From NCBI GenBank assembly GCA_040381535.1, contig JBEIHF010000009.1, positions 6,389 through 70,388 on the forward strand: a DNA stretch of 64,000 nucleotides, read 5' to 3'. A program made the position numbers and the translations under genes. Each line of letters begins with the position of its first letter. The first letter of the stretch is position 1. The notes under the pieces were generated by a model. It made no database searches. It was not told the DNA's origin and saw only the letters and a list, made by a program, of their open reading frames with translations. This document shows, one piece after another, positions 36,091 to 47,535 of this stretch. The DNA is from Micavibrio sp. Its GTDB lineage: Bacteria > Pseudomonadota > Alphaproteobacteria > Micavibrionales > Micavibrionaceae.

Positions 36091-38991
36091 ATGCCTAAAA
36101 CTATGTTGATTGACGCAACCCACTCTGAAGAGACACGGGTTGCCGTCGTCGATGGACAGCGTCTGGTCGAATTCGATTACGAAAGTAAAGTCCGCAAACA
36201 ACTCAAAGGGTCCGTTTTTCTGGCCAAGGTAACGCGGGTCGAACCCTCGTTGCAGGCCGCCTTTGTCAATTTCGGCGGTAACCGTCACGGATTTTTGCCG
36301 TTCTCCGAGATCCACCCTGATTATTTCCGCATTCCTGTCGCTGACCGCGAAGCGCTGCTCGCCGCCCAGATGGCCGAGCTCGAAGAGCACGACGAAGTGA
36401 TGGAGAAACAAGAAGCCGCTATCGAACAACAAGCGGCACAAGCCCAAGATGGCGCATCGCCCGCAGAAGAGGTCGAAGAAGAAGACGAAGTCGAGGCCAT
36501 TACCGAAGTCGGCGGCGAAGACCAGCCTTTGATCGAAGAAGAGGATGGCGAAGAAACCTCTTCCGATGAGGAAGAAGCCGAAGAAGAACACCGTGCACCT
36601 ATCGCGATGGACGCGCCAAGCGATGTCCTGCGCGGTCCGATTGTCGAAGAAGAACCTGAGTCTTCCGATGAAGATAGTTCCGAAGAATCCGATGAAGACG
36701 AAGATGATTCCGACGAGGAAGATGATGAAGAGGGCGATGAATCCTCCGAAGACGACTCCGATGAAGAACGCGGTGAAACTCCCACCCAACAAAATAACGG
36801 CGAAGAAGGTTCGGAAGCGACATACGAAAACCGCGGACCCCGTGAAGGTGGACGTGGACGGGGTGGACGTGATCGTGGCCGTGGACGCGGCAGACAAAGC
36901 GGACGCGGCGGCAGACATGGCGGCGGCGGACGTGGTCGTCATGAACGCGACGATCATTCGGTTGAATCTGTCGGCGGCGACGGCGTGGACGGCGATCGTC
37001 CGTTCCGTTTCAACATGCGGAAATCCTATAAAATTCAGGAAGTCATCAAACGCGGCCAGATCATGCTCATCCAAGTTTCCAAGGAAGAGCGTGGCAATAA
37101 GGGCGCGGCTGTAACAACCTATCTTTCCATGCCGGGCCGTTATTGCGTTCTGATGCCGAATTCGCCTCGCGGCGGCGGCGTTTCCCGCAAGATCGCTACT
37201 TTCAAAGACCGTAAACGCATGAAGGATATGCTGGACGACCTTTCGGTTCCCGAAGGCATGTCCGTTATTTTGCGTACAGCAGGTGTTACGCGCACCAAAG
37301 TCGAAATCAAACGCGATCTGGATTACCTAACGCGCCTATGGAACACGATCCGCGAACATACGCTGAAATCTGTTGCACCTGCCCTTATATATGAAGAAGG
37401 TAATCTGATCAAACGCGCGATCCGCGATTTGTATTCGCGCGATATTGAATCCGTCTATGTCTCCGGCGATGAAGGTTTCAAAAACGCCCGCGAATTCATG
37501 AAAATGCTGATGCCTTCGCACGCCAAGAATGTGCAGGAATATAAGAGCGATCGTTTGCCGCTGTTTCACAAATTCGGCGTCGAAAACCAGATCGCCGATA
37601 TCGGCGAACCGACGGTCAATCTGAAATCAGGCGGCTACCTCGTTATAAACCCGACTGAAGCCTTGGTGTCGATCGACGTCAACTCCGGCCGCGCCACGAA
37701 AGAACGCCACATCGAAGATACGGCGCTCAAAACCAACCTCGAAGCCGCGGACGAACTGGCACGCCAGCTACGCTTGCGCGATCTCGGCGGTTTGGTCGTG
37801 GTCGACTTTATTGATATGGAAGACCGCCGCAACAACCGTAAAGTCGAACAACGTCTGCGCGATGCATTGTCTTCGGACCGTGCGCGTATTCAAGTGGGCC
37901 GTATCTCATCTTTCGGTTTGCTCGAGCTTTCCCGTCAGCGTTTGAATCCGTCACTGGCCGAAGCGCAGCAGGAAGTATGTGCGCATTGTTCCGGAACAGG
38001 TCATGTCAAAACGCTAGACTTCTCGGCTATTTCTATCGTCCGCGCTCTGGAAGTCGAAGGCATCAAGGGCAAATCGAACGAAATCCATCTGACGATGGCT
38101 CCTTCGGTCGCCCTTTACATCATGAACCACAAGCGCAAGATCCTGAACGACATCGAAGCCCGTTATGGCTTTGAGGTTTTGATCGAAACCGACGAAACCA
38201 TGTCAACATCGCATTATAAACTCGAAGGCGCATCGCGTTCGATGGTACCCAAACCTAGCGAAGGTATTAGAACCGTCGCCGTGGAAGAAGGTGATTTCGA
38301 AAACGAAGGCGAATACACCCCAGAAGACGAGGATGATGGTGAAGAAGGCGCACAGCCCCAATCCAACGAAGGACGCTTTTCCGAACGCGTGCAAGAACGT
38401 GGGCCGCGTCCCGAAGGTGATCGCGGACTTGACGGTCAACGCCGTCGCCGCGGACGTCGCGGTGGGCGCGGTCGTGGCCGCAACGGCGAAGGAGCACCCC
38501 GTCTGCATGAAAATGCTGTCGCAGGCGCACCAAGCGATTTTGAAGGCGGCGATGAAGGCGATGAATCCATCGGCAACCGCATTCCATCCGATACCGAAGA
38601 AGGACGGGATGACAATCGCGGCAACCGTGAACCGCGTGAAGGGGCACCCCGCGATGGAAACCGTGAAGGCGGTCAACGCCGCAGACGCGGTGGTCGCGGT
38701 CGCGGCAACGGCGACAGACCGCAGGGCGATCGTTCCCAAGGTGGCTGCCCGCAAGGCGAACGCGCCCCGCGTCCTCCACGCGAAGAAAATTCCGGTAATG
38801 CCGGTCCGCGTTTTGAAAGCAACCCTATGACATCTGCTCCCGCATCTTCCTTCGAGCCGCCGGTGTTGCGTGCCACACCGCCCTTGAACGATCGAAGAGG
38901 GAATGAGGCGCCTGCGCCAAGGGATTACGAGAAGGTCAATCAGGCCCCCGAAGAAAAGAAAAAGGGCTGGTGGAACAAGCTGGTAGAATAA
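36091..38991 (+). CDS. rne: Ribonuclease E, with a large acidic/RGG insertion in the S1 domain and an RG-rich C-terminal region
   Basis: MLIDATHSEETRVAVVDGQRL...AFVNFGGNRHGFLP...SKEERGNKGAAVTT...VSIDVNSG...DFIDM are RNase E/G catalytic-domain motifs. GGAGGA lies 7 nt before ATG 36091. The ORF opens at 36019. Confidence 0.9.
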   Translation: MPKTMLIDATHSEETRVAVVDGQRLVEFDYESKVRKQLKGSVFLAKVTRVEPSLQAAFVNFGGNRHGFLPFSEIHPDYFRIPVADREALLAAQMAELEEHDEVMEKQEAAIEQQAAQAQDGASPAEEVEEEDEVEAITEVGGEDQPLIEEEDGEETSSDEEEAEEEHRAPIAMDAPSDVLRGPIVEEEPESSDEDSSEESDEDEDDSDEEDDEEGDESSEDDSDEERGETPTQQNNGEEGSEATYENRGPREGGRGRGGRDRGRGRGRQSGRGGRHGGGGRGRHERDDHSVESVGGDGVDGDRPFRFNMRKSYKIQEVIKRGQIMLIQVSKEERGNKGAAVTTYLSMPGRYCVLMPNSPRGGGVSRKIATFKDRKRMKDMLDDLSVPEGMSVILRTAGVTRTKVEIKRDLDYLTRLWNTIREHTLKSVAPALIYEEGNLIKRAIRDLYSRDIESVYVSGDEGFKNAREFMKMLMPSHAKNVQEYKSDRLPLFHKFGVENQIADIGEPTVNLKSGGYLVINPTEALVSIDVNSGRATKERHIEDTALKTNLEAADELARQLRLRDLGGLVVVDFIDMEDRRNNRKVEQRLRDALSSDRARIQVGRISSFGLLELSRQRLNPSLAEAQQEVCAHCSGTGHVKTLDFSAISIVRALEVEGIKGKSNEIHLTMAPSVALYIMNHKRKILNDIEARYGFEVLIETDETMSTSHYKLEGASRSMVPKPSEGIRTVAVEEGDFENEGEYTPEDEDDGEEGAQPQSNEGRFSERVQERGPRPEGDRGLDGQRRRRGRRGGRGRGRNGEGAPRLHENAVAGAPSDFEGGDEGDESIGNRIPSDTEEGRDDNRGNREPREGAPRDGNREGGQRRRRGGRGRGNGDRPQGDRSQGGCPQGERAPRPPREENSGNAGPRFESNPMTSAPASSFEPPVLRATPPLNDRRGNEAPAPRDYEKVNQAPEEKKKGWWNKLVE

Positions 38992-38993
38992 TT

Positions 38994-39025
38994 AAAAAAA
39001 AGGGCGGTTTTCCGCTCTTTTTCTT
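38994..39025 (+). terminator. Rho-independent terminator after rne
   Basis: A-run, then GGGCGG-TTTT-CCGCTC (one G-U pair), followed by TTTTTCTTT. Confidence 0.6.
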
Positions 39026-39127
39026 TGGGTCGAGGGAATCTTATTCCCTAAAATTTTAGGCATTTTTTAACGCGCTTTAATTGTTTTAATTTAACATAAA
39101 AATTGAGACATATACGAAGTGTTTTTT

Positions 39128-39334
39128 AGGCAAGTTGCACAGATCTCCCCACACATGAGATTGCCTAACGCTCCGTAGTTTTGATGGGCTTCTAACTACT
39201 ACATGGTTCCCGTCTGTTGGCCTTCCTGATTGGGAATCTTGCCCCCGCATGTTCTCCCTTCCCGTCAGGCACCCGAGGTCAGTGGGCGTTTTCGTCCCTT
39301 AGCCACCGGAAAGAAATCCGGTGGCTATTTTTTT
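39128..39334 (+). ncRNA. Candidate structured small RNA or leader (unclassified)
   Basis: Three hairpins (39128-39166, 39175-39199, 39205-39238), C/U-rich single-stranded stretches and a perfect terminator at 39301-39334, in a 400-nt non-coding gap. I recognise no family and found no clear promoter. Confidence 0.3.
39301..39334 (+). terminator. Strong Rho-independent terminator
   Basis: Perfect 10-bp stem AGCCACCGGA / TCCGGTGGCT, loop AAGAAA, then ATTTTTTT. Confidence 0.8.
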
Positions 39335-39399
39335 CATGCGGGAGACAATCTGGTACGCTATAAAGATAGGAACATTCACTTCGAGAACGGAAAATTCCC

Positions 39400-40149
39400 A
39401 TGCGCTCTTTCCTGCTTGCCACTGCCTTCGCGTTTGCTTTTATGTCCCCGTCTTTTGCCTCCGAAGAAAAAAAGGTCTTAGAAAAACCGGCGGCAGAAAC
39501 ATCCGTCGTCCAAAAAAATACGGATGAAAAACCCATCGCTGCGAAGGTGGAAAACACGCCTTTGAAACAATGGATTGATGCGGAAAATCAATTGATTGAT
39601 CCGTTATCGGATAAGGATAAGGAAAGCTTTTTTATACTGCGCAACAAATACTCCATTCACCGCGTAATCAAGATCGTGGAGCGCGATGTCAGCACCGCCG
39701 TTAAATCCTGCGGCAAAAACAATCCCGACATGAAAGAAAAGATGGATGGACGGTTCAAACAATGGACCAATGCTGTCGATCCCATCCTCGTGGCCGCCAT
39801 AAAACAGGTGGAAAAAGAAATCGATACCCAAACGCTGGTAGATCCCATGCAGGCGCGCGAGGTTTTAAAAATGAACGACGAAGCTTATGAATTCGGCGAA
39901 AAACAAATCACCAAACAACCGGTGAGCACTAAGGAAGCCTGCGAAGATTTATTGGTCAGTATGGACCGTACCGAAGATGATATGGTGAAATTGTTGCAGG
40001 AAACACTGCTTCCCGAAAGTGTGATCAGAAAACGCGCGGGCGACATGCAAAAAGCCAAACAGAAAGCCAAAGATACGCAGCTTTCAAAAAGTCCACCCAA
40101 GCAGGCCGATGATAAGGCGCCTGAAGAAGCGGAAGTAAAGGCGCAATAG
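39400..40149 (+). CDS. Secreted helical protein, hypothetical
   Basis: Signal peptide MRSFLLATAFAFAFMSPSFA, then 249 aa of charged helical sequence with a Lys/Ala/Glu-rich tail. I recognise no family. Confidence 0.6.
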   Translation: MRSFLLATAFAFAFMSPSFASEEKKVLEKPAAETSVVQKNTDEKPIAAKVENTPLKQWIDAENQLIDPLSDKDKESFFILRNKYSIHRVIKIVERDVSTAVKSCGKNNPDMKEKMDGRFKQWTNAVDPILVAAIKQVEKEIDTQTLVDPMQAREVLKMNDEAYEFGEKQITKQPVSTKEACEDLLVSMDRTEDDMVKLLQETLLPESVIRKRAGDMQKAKQKAKDTQLSKSPPKQADDKAPEEAEVKAQ

Positions 40150-40162
40150 CGCATAAGTATCT

Positions 40163-41224
40163 ATGAAAATTTTACAGGTTATGGCGGGCGGTGATCATGG
40201 TGGGGCAGAAACCGCCTTCGTCGATATGTGCATCGCCATGCGCGATGCTGGCATGGACATAGAGGTTGCAACGCGATCTAACCCCGTGCGTGTTCCCGCG
40301 CTGGAAAAGGCGGGAATCAAGTTACACACGCTGCCTTTCGGCGGCGGCATCGATATTTTCACGGGCTGGGCGCTAGGGCGTATCATCAAGAAATTCCAGC
40401 CTGTCATCGTACAGACATGGATGGCGCGCGGCGCGCACAAAACACCCAACTGGAATTCCTTGAAGACAGCGCAGCGTTATATGGTGGTCTCGCGCCTCGG
40501 CGGCTATTACAAAACCAAATATTTCAAATCTGCCGATTATTTTAATACCATCACGCCCGACATCAAACGCTACCTTGTTGATAATGGGATAGCAGCTGAT
40601 CGTATTCGCCACATCAACAATTTTGCCGAAGTCGAGCCGATCGAAAAACCGTTATCCCGCAGCGATATGAACACGCCGGACAATGCACCTGTGCTTTTGG
40701 CTTTGGGGCGTTTGCATTCTGCCAAGGCGCACGACATCCTCATCAAATCCATCGTTTCGCTCCCGCATGTGTATGTCTGGATTGCGGGCGATGGACCGGA
40801 TCGCGCGGAACTTGAAAAGCTTGCGTCTGATCTGGGCGTCGCTACCCGCGTAAAATTTCTGGGCTGGCGCACGGACAGATCCGCGTTGCTGGAAGCCTGC
40901 GATGTGTGCGTGTTCGTATCGCGCTATGAACCGTTCGGCACGGTGTTCGCACAAAGCTGGGCGTTGAAACGGCCCGTAATTGTTTCGGATTCGGACGGTC
41001 CGCGCCAATTCTGCGTGGATGGGGAAAATTCTCTGATGGTGCCAAAAAACGATGCGGCGGCGCTGACCATCGCGATCCAAAGATTGTTGATTGATAAACT
41101 CTTGCGCGATCGGCTGGTGACGCAAGGTTACAAACGCTATCAGAACGAATTCACCAAAGAAAAATCTGTCGCCGCCTATCTTGATTTTTATATCGATATT
41201 TTGAAACGCGAAAATATTCTCTAA
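40163..41224 (+). CDS. Glycosyltransferase family 4 (GT-B, RfaG-like)
   Basis: N-terminus GGAETAFVD, and a C-terminal GT1/GT4 region (ACDVCVFVSRYEPFGTVFAQSWALKRPVIVSDSDGPRQF) with the E-x7-E-like pattern. Confidence 0.8.
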   Translation: MKILQVMAGGDHGGAETAFVDMCIAMRDAGMDIEVATRSNPVRVPALEKAGIKLHTLPFGGGIDIFTGWALGRIIKKFQPVIVQTWMARGAHKTPNWNSLKTAQRYMVVSRLGGYYKTKYFKSADYFNTITPDIKRYLVDNGIAADRIRHINNFAEVEPIEKPLSRSDMNTPDNAPVLLALGRLHSAKAHDILIKSIVSLPHVYVWIAGDGPDRAELEKLASDLGVATRVKFLGWRTDRSALLEACDVCVFVSRYEPFGTVFAQSWALKRPVIVSDSDGPRQFCVDGENSLMVPKNDAAALTIAIQRLLIDKLLRDRLVTQGYKRYQNEFTKEKSVAAYLDFYIDILKRENIL

Positions 41225-42201
41225 ACACCGCGGTGCAATGAATGCATCTGACGGATCATCAGTGCGAGCAGGATCATTGCGCCCGCTTGGTGCATTGCCG
41301 CCATGGGGATGACGACTTGCGACATCACGGTGCCGATGCCAAGCGCCACCTGCACGAACATCATGGCGACCAACGGCATGGATTTCATCCGCACAGCAAA
41401 AGAAGCAACGGCTACAAAGGTCGCGACAGCAATCCATCGGTGGAAGAACTGTACGCCGGCGGGATCATGCAGGATGGCATATATGCCCGTCACTTCGGGT
41501 GGAATCCAATGCTGGTTCATCATCGGCCATGTGTTGTAAACCATGCCGCCGTCCAATCCTGCCGTGAACGCACCCCAAAGAACCGTGACGGACAGCAAAA
41601 CAAACGCGATCCACCCATGGCGCTTTTCGCATAAGGTGCCTTGGCGCGTTCCTTGGGGCGTAAAATCGAATGCAATCCACAAAAGCACGCAGAAAATAAT
41701 CAGCGCCAATCCCAAATGCGCGGCGAGGCGGAAGTGCGAAACATCGGGGCGGTCGACGAGGCCGCTCATCACCATGTACCAGCCGAGCACGCCCTGCAGG
41801 CCGCCTAGGATGAGTACGCCGAGAAGTTTCAGTTCGTAGCCTTGCGGAATTTGTTTGCGGATGAAGAAATAGAGAAGGGGAAGCGCAAAGACAAGCCCGA
41901 TCAACCGGCCCCAGAAACGGTGCAGCCATTCCCAGAAGAAGATGTTCTTGAAATCGGCGATTTCCATCCATGAATTCTTTTGAAGGAATTCGGGGGTTTG
42001 TTTGTAAAGGCCGAACACGCGCTCCCATTCGGAATCAGACAAAGGCGGAATGGCGCCGATCAGGGGTTTCCACTCGACCATGGAAAGACCGCTTTCGGTC
42101 AAACGGGTCACCGCGCCTATAACGGCCATGGCAAAGACCATGAAGGCCGTGAAATAGAGCCAGTTTCGGACGTTTTTGTGGGGCGTTGTTGACAAATCCA
42201 T
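41221..42201 (-). CDS. ctaA: Heme A synthase (COX15/CtaA family)
   Basis: 326 aa with about 8 TMs and conserved His-containing helices (WLHRFWGRLIG, HLGLALI, FFHRWIAV, AMHQAGA). Confidence 0.85.
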   Translation of the reverse strand: MDLSTTPHKNVRNWLYFTAFMVFAMAVIGAVTRLTESGLSMVEWKPLIGAIPPLSDSEWERVFGLYKQTPEFLQKNSWMEIADFKNIFFWEWLHRFWGRLIGLVFALPLLYFFIRKQIPQGYELKLLGVLILGGLQGVLGWYMVMSGLVDRPDVSHFRLAAHLGLALIIFCVLLWIAFDFTPQGTRQGTLCEKRHGWIAFVLLSVTVLWGAFTAGLDGGMVYNTWPMMNQHWIPPEVTGIYAILHDPAGVQFFHRWIAVATFVAVASFAVRMKSMPLVAMMFVQVALGIGTVMSQVVIPMAAMHQAGAMILLALMIRQMHSLHRGV

Positions 42202-42219
42202 GCGGGATGAGATTTATAA

Positions 42220-43263
<1,044 letters not shown>

Positions 43264-43274
43264 ACTGCTTTTCC

Positions 43275-44078
43275 ATGGCCGCCCCTTTCGACATCATCAC
43301 CGCCTCCGCCAAAGCCTATAAAAACACATGGGCCATCCGCCATTATATTTTGAAACTCGCCATCGTGCCTTTCGTGTTGCGCCTGTTTTGTTTCACCATG
43401 GCGATTACGTATGCCAGCGGTAATTTCACCTACTTCATGTTGATCATGCTGCCCGCTTTGTTCGCGGAAGGCTGGATGCTCTCGCACCTCGTTCGTTTTC
43501 AGGTGCTGGGGCAGATATGGCCGTTCCGTCCCTCTGGTGACATGGAATCCGATATCGCCATGCTCGAAACACGCGCGCGCGGCGTTCTTGGCGGAATGAT
43601 CGTTTTCGTTCTCATCAATATGACAGTGCGCCTTTTTTCCGAACTTATCCGCCTTTACATGTTGCCCTATATGCCCGTGGAAGGTGCGGAACAGGTGGAA
43701 ATACCTGTTGCCGTCGCGATTACATCCATCTTCTTGCTCGGTTTCATGATCTGGGGTTTTCGCCTTTTGTGGCTCTATATACCCTACGCACTCAACATGG
43801 GCGGCATGACATATCTTTCCGCGCTCAAAGGAATTCAAACATCCTTTGCCATGTTCACCGTGTGGATCATCTGCGGTCTGCCTTTCGTTGCCATGGTGGT
43901 GATGGCGAGCGGATTGATCGGCGATCCTTTGGCGGCGGCGTTTGGCAAAAGCGCGGGGAACTTCGTGATGATTTTGTTCACGGTGGCTGGCGATCTTGGC
44001 AAAAGCATCATGGTCACGGCGGGTATCGCCTATGCGCTTCAGCAAGTTTTCAAGAAGCAGAATAAAGTCAGATTATAA
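43275..44078 (+). CDS. Integral membrane protein, hypothetical
   Basis: 267 aa with about 6 hydrophobic helices. The antisense 261-aa ORF (43260-44045) is His/Arg-rich and looks non-coding. Confidence 0.6.
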   Translation: MAAPFDIITASAKAYKNTWAIRHYILKLAIVPFVLRLFCFTMAITYASGNFTYFMLIMLPALFAEGWMLSHLVRFQVLGQIWPFRPSGDMESDIAMLETRARGVLGGMIVFVLINMTVRLFSELIRLYMLPYMPVEGAEQVEIPVAVAITSIFLLGFMIWGFRLLWLYIPYALNMGGMTYLSALKGIQTSFAMFTVWIICGLPFVAMVVMASGLIGDPLAAAFGKSAGNFVMILFTVAGDLGKSIMVTAGIAYALQQVFKKQNKVRL

Positions 44079-44080
44079 TC

Positions 44081-44398
44081 ATGCATATTTTCGTGACAGA
44101 TCTGAATGGCGTCACCCATGAATGCGAAGGCATCGAAGGCTGGCGCCTCATGGAAATCATCCGCGATGCAGGCCTTCCCATTAAGGCGGAATGCGGCGGC
44201 TGTGCGTCCTGCGCCACCTGTCATGTTTATGTCGATGAAGACTGGATGTCCAAACTCTATCCGCCGCGGGCAGACGAGATCGAGCTTTTGGATACCGCGC
44301 CCGATGTGCGCGATAATTCCCGCCTGTCTTGCCAGATATTGATGAGCCAAGAACTGGATGGTTTAAAAGTGTTTCTGGCTCCTGGAACGGAGCCGTAA
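44081..44398 (+). CDS. 2Fe-2S ferredoxin (adrenodoxin/putidaredoxin type)
   Basis: 105 aa with the cluster ligands CGGCASCATC...C (Cx5Cx2C...C). Confidence 0.85.
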   Translation: MHIFVTDLNGVTHECEGIEGWRLMEIIRDAGLPIKAECGGCASCATCHVYVDEDWMSKLYPPRADEIELLDTAPDVRDNSRLSCQILMSQELDGLKVFLAPGTEP

Positions 44399-44399
44399 G

Positions 44400-44942
44400 C
44401 TACGGAGCTAGACGCGCGTCGCGGCGTGCCATTTTTGCGGCATATCTGTTTAACGCACGTTCCGTGGTTTCTTCAAAGCTATCGAAAGCCAGCCTTCCTC
44501 TTTTTACGTGACCGAGCTCGTTTTCTTCCACTTGCTCATAAAATTTTTCTTTCACACTATCCAGACCGCCATTCAAAAGCCGTTCGATCGTGGTGCCGGG
44601 ATGGCGGGAAAAGTTTTCTATAGTTTGCATACGCACGAGATTTTTTGTCACTTGCCGCAGACCACCATCGAAATCAAGAAGCGCCTTCCATGACTGGGTG
44701 GCGATGATCTCGTTCTTGCCCATCATATTGACCACGCGTTTTGGCAGTTTCAGTGCAGGCAATTTAAAATGGTCTTCCATGTGTCCGGTCAATTCGGAAG
44801 GACGCATTTCTTTTCCGGCGTGATGGAATATGACGCACAACCCGTCTTCACCGTGCGAACGGTAATGAGCATATCTGTGAAAATGGCCTTCTTTGATTGG
44901 CATCATACTCTCCAAAAGATGGGTAGTATCTGCCACAGTCAC
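44400..44942 (-). CDS. Hypothetical protein (His-rich N-terminus)
   Basis: 180-aa ORF with a protein-like composition (HFHRYAHYRSHGEDGLCVIFHH...). I recognise no family. Start uncertain (alternative at MMPIKEG). Confidence 0.5.
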   Translation of the reverse strand: MTVADTTHLLESMMPIKEGHFHRYAHYRSHGEDGLCVIFHHAGKEMRPSELTGHMEDHFKLPALKLPKRVVNMMGKNEIIATQSWKALLDFDGGLRQVTKNLVRMQTIENFSRHPGTTIERLLNGGLDSVKEKFYEQVEENELGHVKRGRLAFDSFEETTERALNRYAAKMARRDARLAP

Positions 44943-44990
44943 GCGAAATAAGCAAATTATTATGTCAATTTAGAGGATGCTAATAGTTAA

Positions 44991-45254
44991 TCAGGCGGTG
45001 ATTTCAATATCGATCATACGCGCTTCGGACGGCGTGATGATCTTGCTGTGCGCCACATAAACCGAATGCAACTTGCCTTCGATCTCGCGCACCCAAAATC
45101 CGAGGAATTGTTTCAACTCGGGAAAGATCGGGGCGCGGTCGTAGTCCTGCCAGATATATTCTTGCAAAAACTTAGGGTGGTCGGGCATATGGTAAAAGAT
45201 CTGCGCGGTCGTCAGTCGATAGTCGCTGGTAAACTGTATATCGAAGTCTGCCAT
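44991..45254 (-). CDS. Usg-like family protein
   Basis: 87 aa. YRLTTAQIFYHMPDHPKFLQEYIWQDYDRAPIFPELKQFLGFW matches my recollection of the Usg (PF06233) signature. Confidence 0.6.
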   Translation of the reverse strand: MADFDIQFTSDYRLTTAQIFYHMPDHPKFLQEYIWQDYDRAPIFPELKQFLGFWVREIEGKLHSVYVAHSKIITPSEARMIDIEITA

Positions 45255-45340
45255 ATCCCCATCTTAGCATATTTTGGCTTTCCAATTCCTAATGAGGTCG
45301 CATGAATGTCTTGCCATTTGGCTTGGCTTTGCTATATGGT

Positions 45341-45367
45341 TTGGCACTCCCTTAGAGGGAGTGCTAA
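45341..45367 (+). promoter_or_regulatory. CIRCE operator (HrcA binding site) upstream of groES
   Basis: TTGGCACTC-N9-GAGTGCTAA, one mismatch from the consensus TTAGCACTC-N9-GAGTGCTAA, 62 nt before the groES ATG. CTTGCC...CTATAT promoter-like elements lie just upstream. Confidence 0.85.
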
Positions 45368-45428
45368 TAACCCATGGTGGGTTTTTAGCAAGTTGTTGTA
45401 AAACAATGATTATTAAGGAGACTTACAC

Positions 45429-45746
45429 ATGAAATTTCGCCCTTTGCATGATCGCGTACTTTTGAAGCGCATCGAGCAGGAAGCCAAAACAGCCGGCGGT
45501 ATCATCATTCCCGATACGGCCAAAGAAAAACCGATGGAAGCTGAAGTGATCGCTGCCGGTCCGGGCGCTTACAACGAAAACGGCGCAGCTCGCCTTACAC
45601 TGGATGTTAAGGCCGGTGATCGCGTTCTCATTTCCAAATGGGCCGGTACCGAAATCACGGTTGATGGTCAGGAACTTCTGGTCGTCAAAGAATCCGACAT
45701 TATGGGCATTATCGACGGCGGCGCTGCTGCCAAGAAGGCCGCATAA
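45429..45746 (+). CDS. groES: Co-chaperonin GroES
   Basis: [14 protein letters not shown]...[14 protein letters not shown]...[21 protein letters not shown] upstream. Confidence 0.97.
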   Translation: MKFRPLHDRVLLKRIEQEAKTAGGIIIPDTAKEKPMEAEVIAAGPGAYNENGAARLTLDVKAGDRVLISKWAGTEITVDGQELLVVKESDIMGIIDGGAAAKKAA

Positions 45747-45804
45747 CTTAAAAAAACACGACGAACGAATTATTGGATCGTTTGTAACTTATTAAATAAA
45801 TTAA

Positions 45805-47481
<1,677 letters not shown>

Positions 47482-47504
47482 TCCACCCCCTGTATTACGA
47501 AATC

Positions 47505-47535
47505 AAAAAGGCCGGATCACTTCCGGCCTTTTTTC
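47505..47535. terminator. Bidirectional Rho-independent terminator
   Basis: AAAAA-GGCCGGA-TCACT-TCCGGCC-TTTTTT between convergent groEL and the XRE gene. The stem also encodes the last codons of the XRE gene. Confidence 0.8.

Noticed and set aside
36010-37074. 354-aa minus-strand ORF antisense to the 5' part of rne
   Set aside because: It is a shadow ORF created by GAA/GAT/GAC-rich acidic codons, which have no stop complements. The translation is F/I/S repeats. The plus strand encodes the conserved RNase E N-terminal domain.
39140-39270. Possible TPP riboswitch (ATGAGA ... CCTGATTGGGAATCTTGCCCCCG resembles CUGAGA ... ACCUGAUCUGGAUAAUGCCAGCG)
   Set aside because: The GGGGUGC/P2 element and the exact CUGAGA are missing, the pairing partners do not fit the THI-box fold, and the downstream gene has no thiamine link.
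40652-41437. 261-aa minus-strand ORF spanning the GT4/ctaA junction
   Set aside because: It overlaps two well-supported genes in a different frame or strand, and its translation is Arg/His-rich and non-protein-like.
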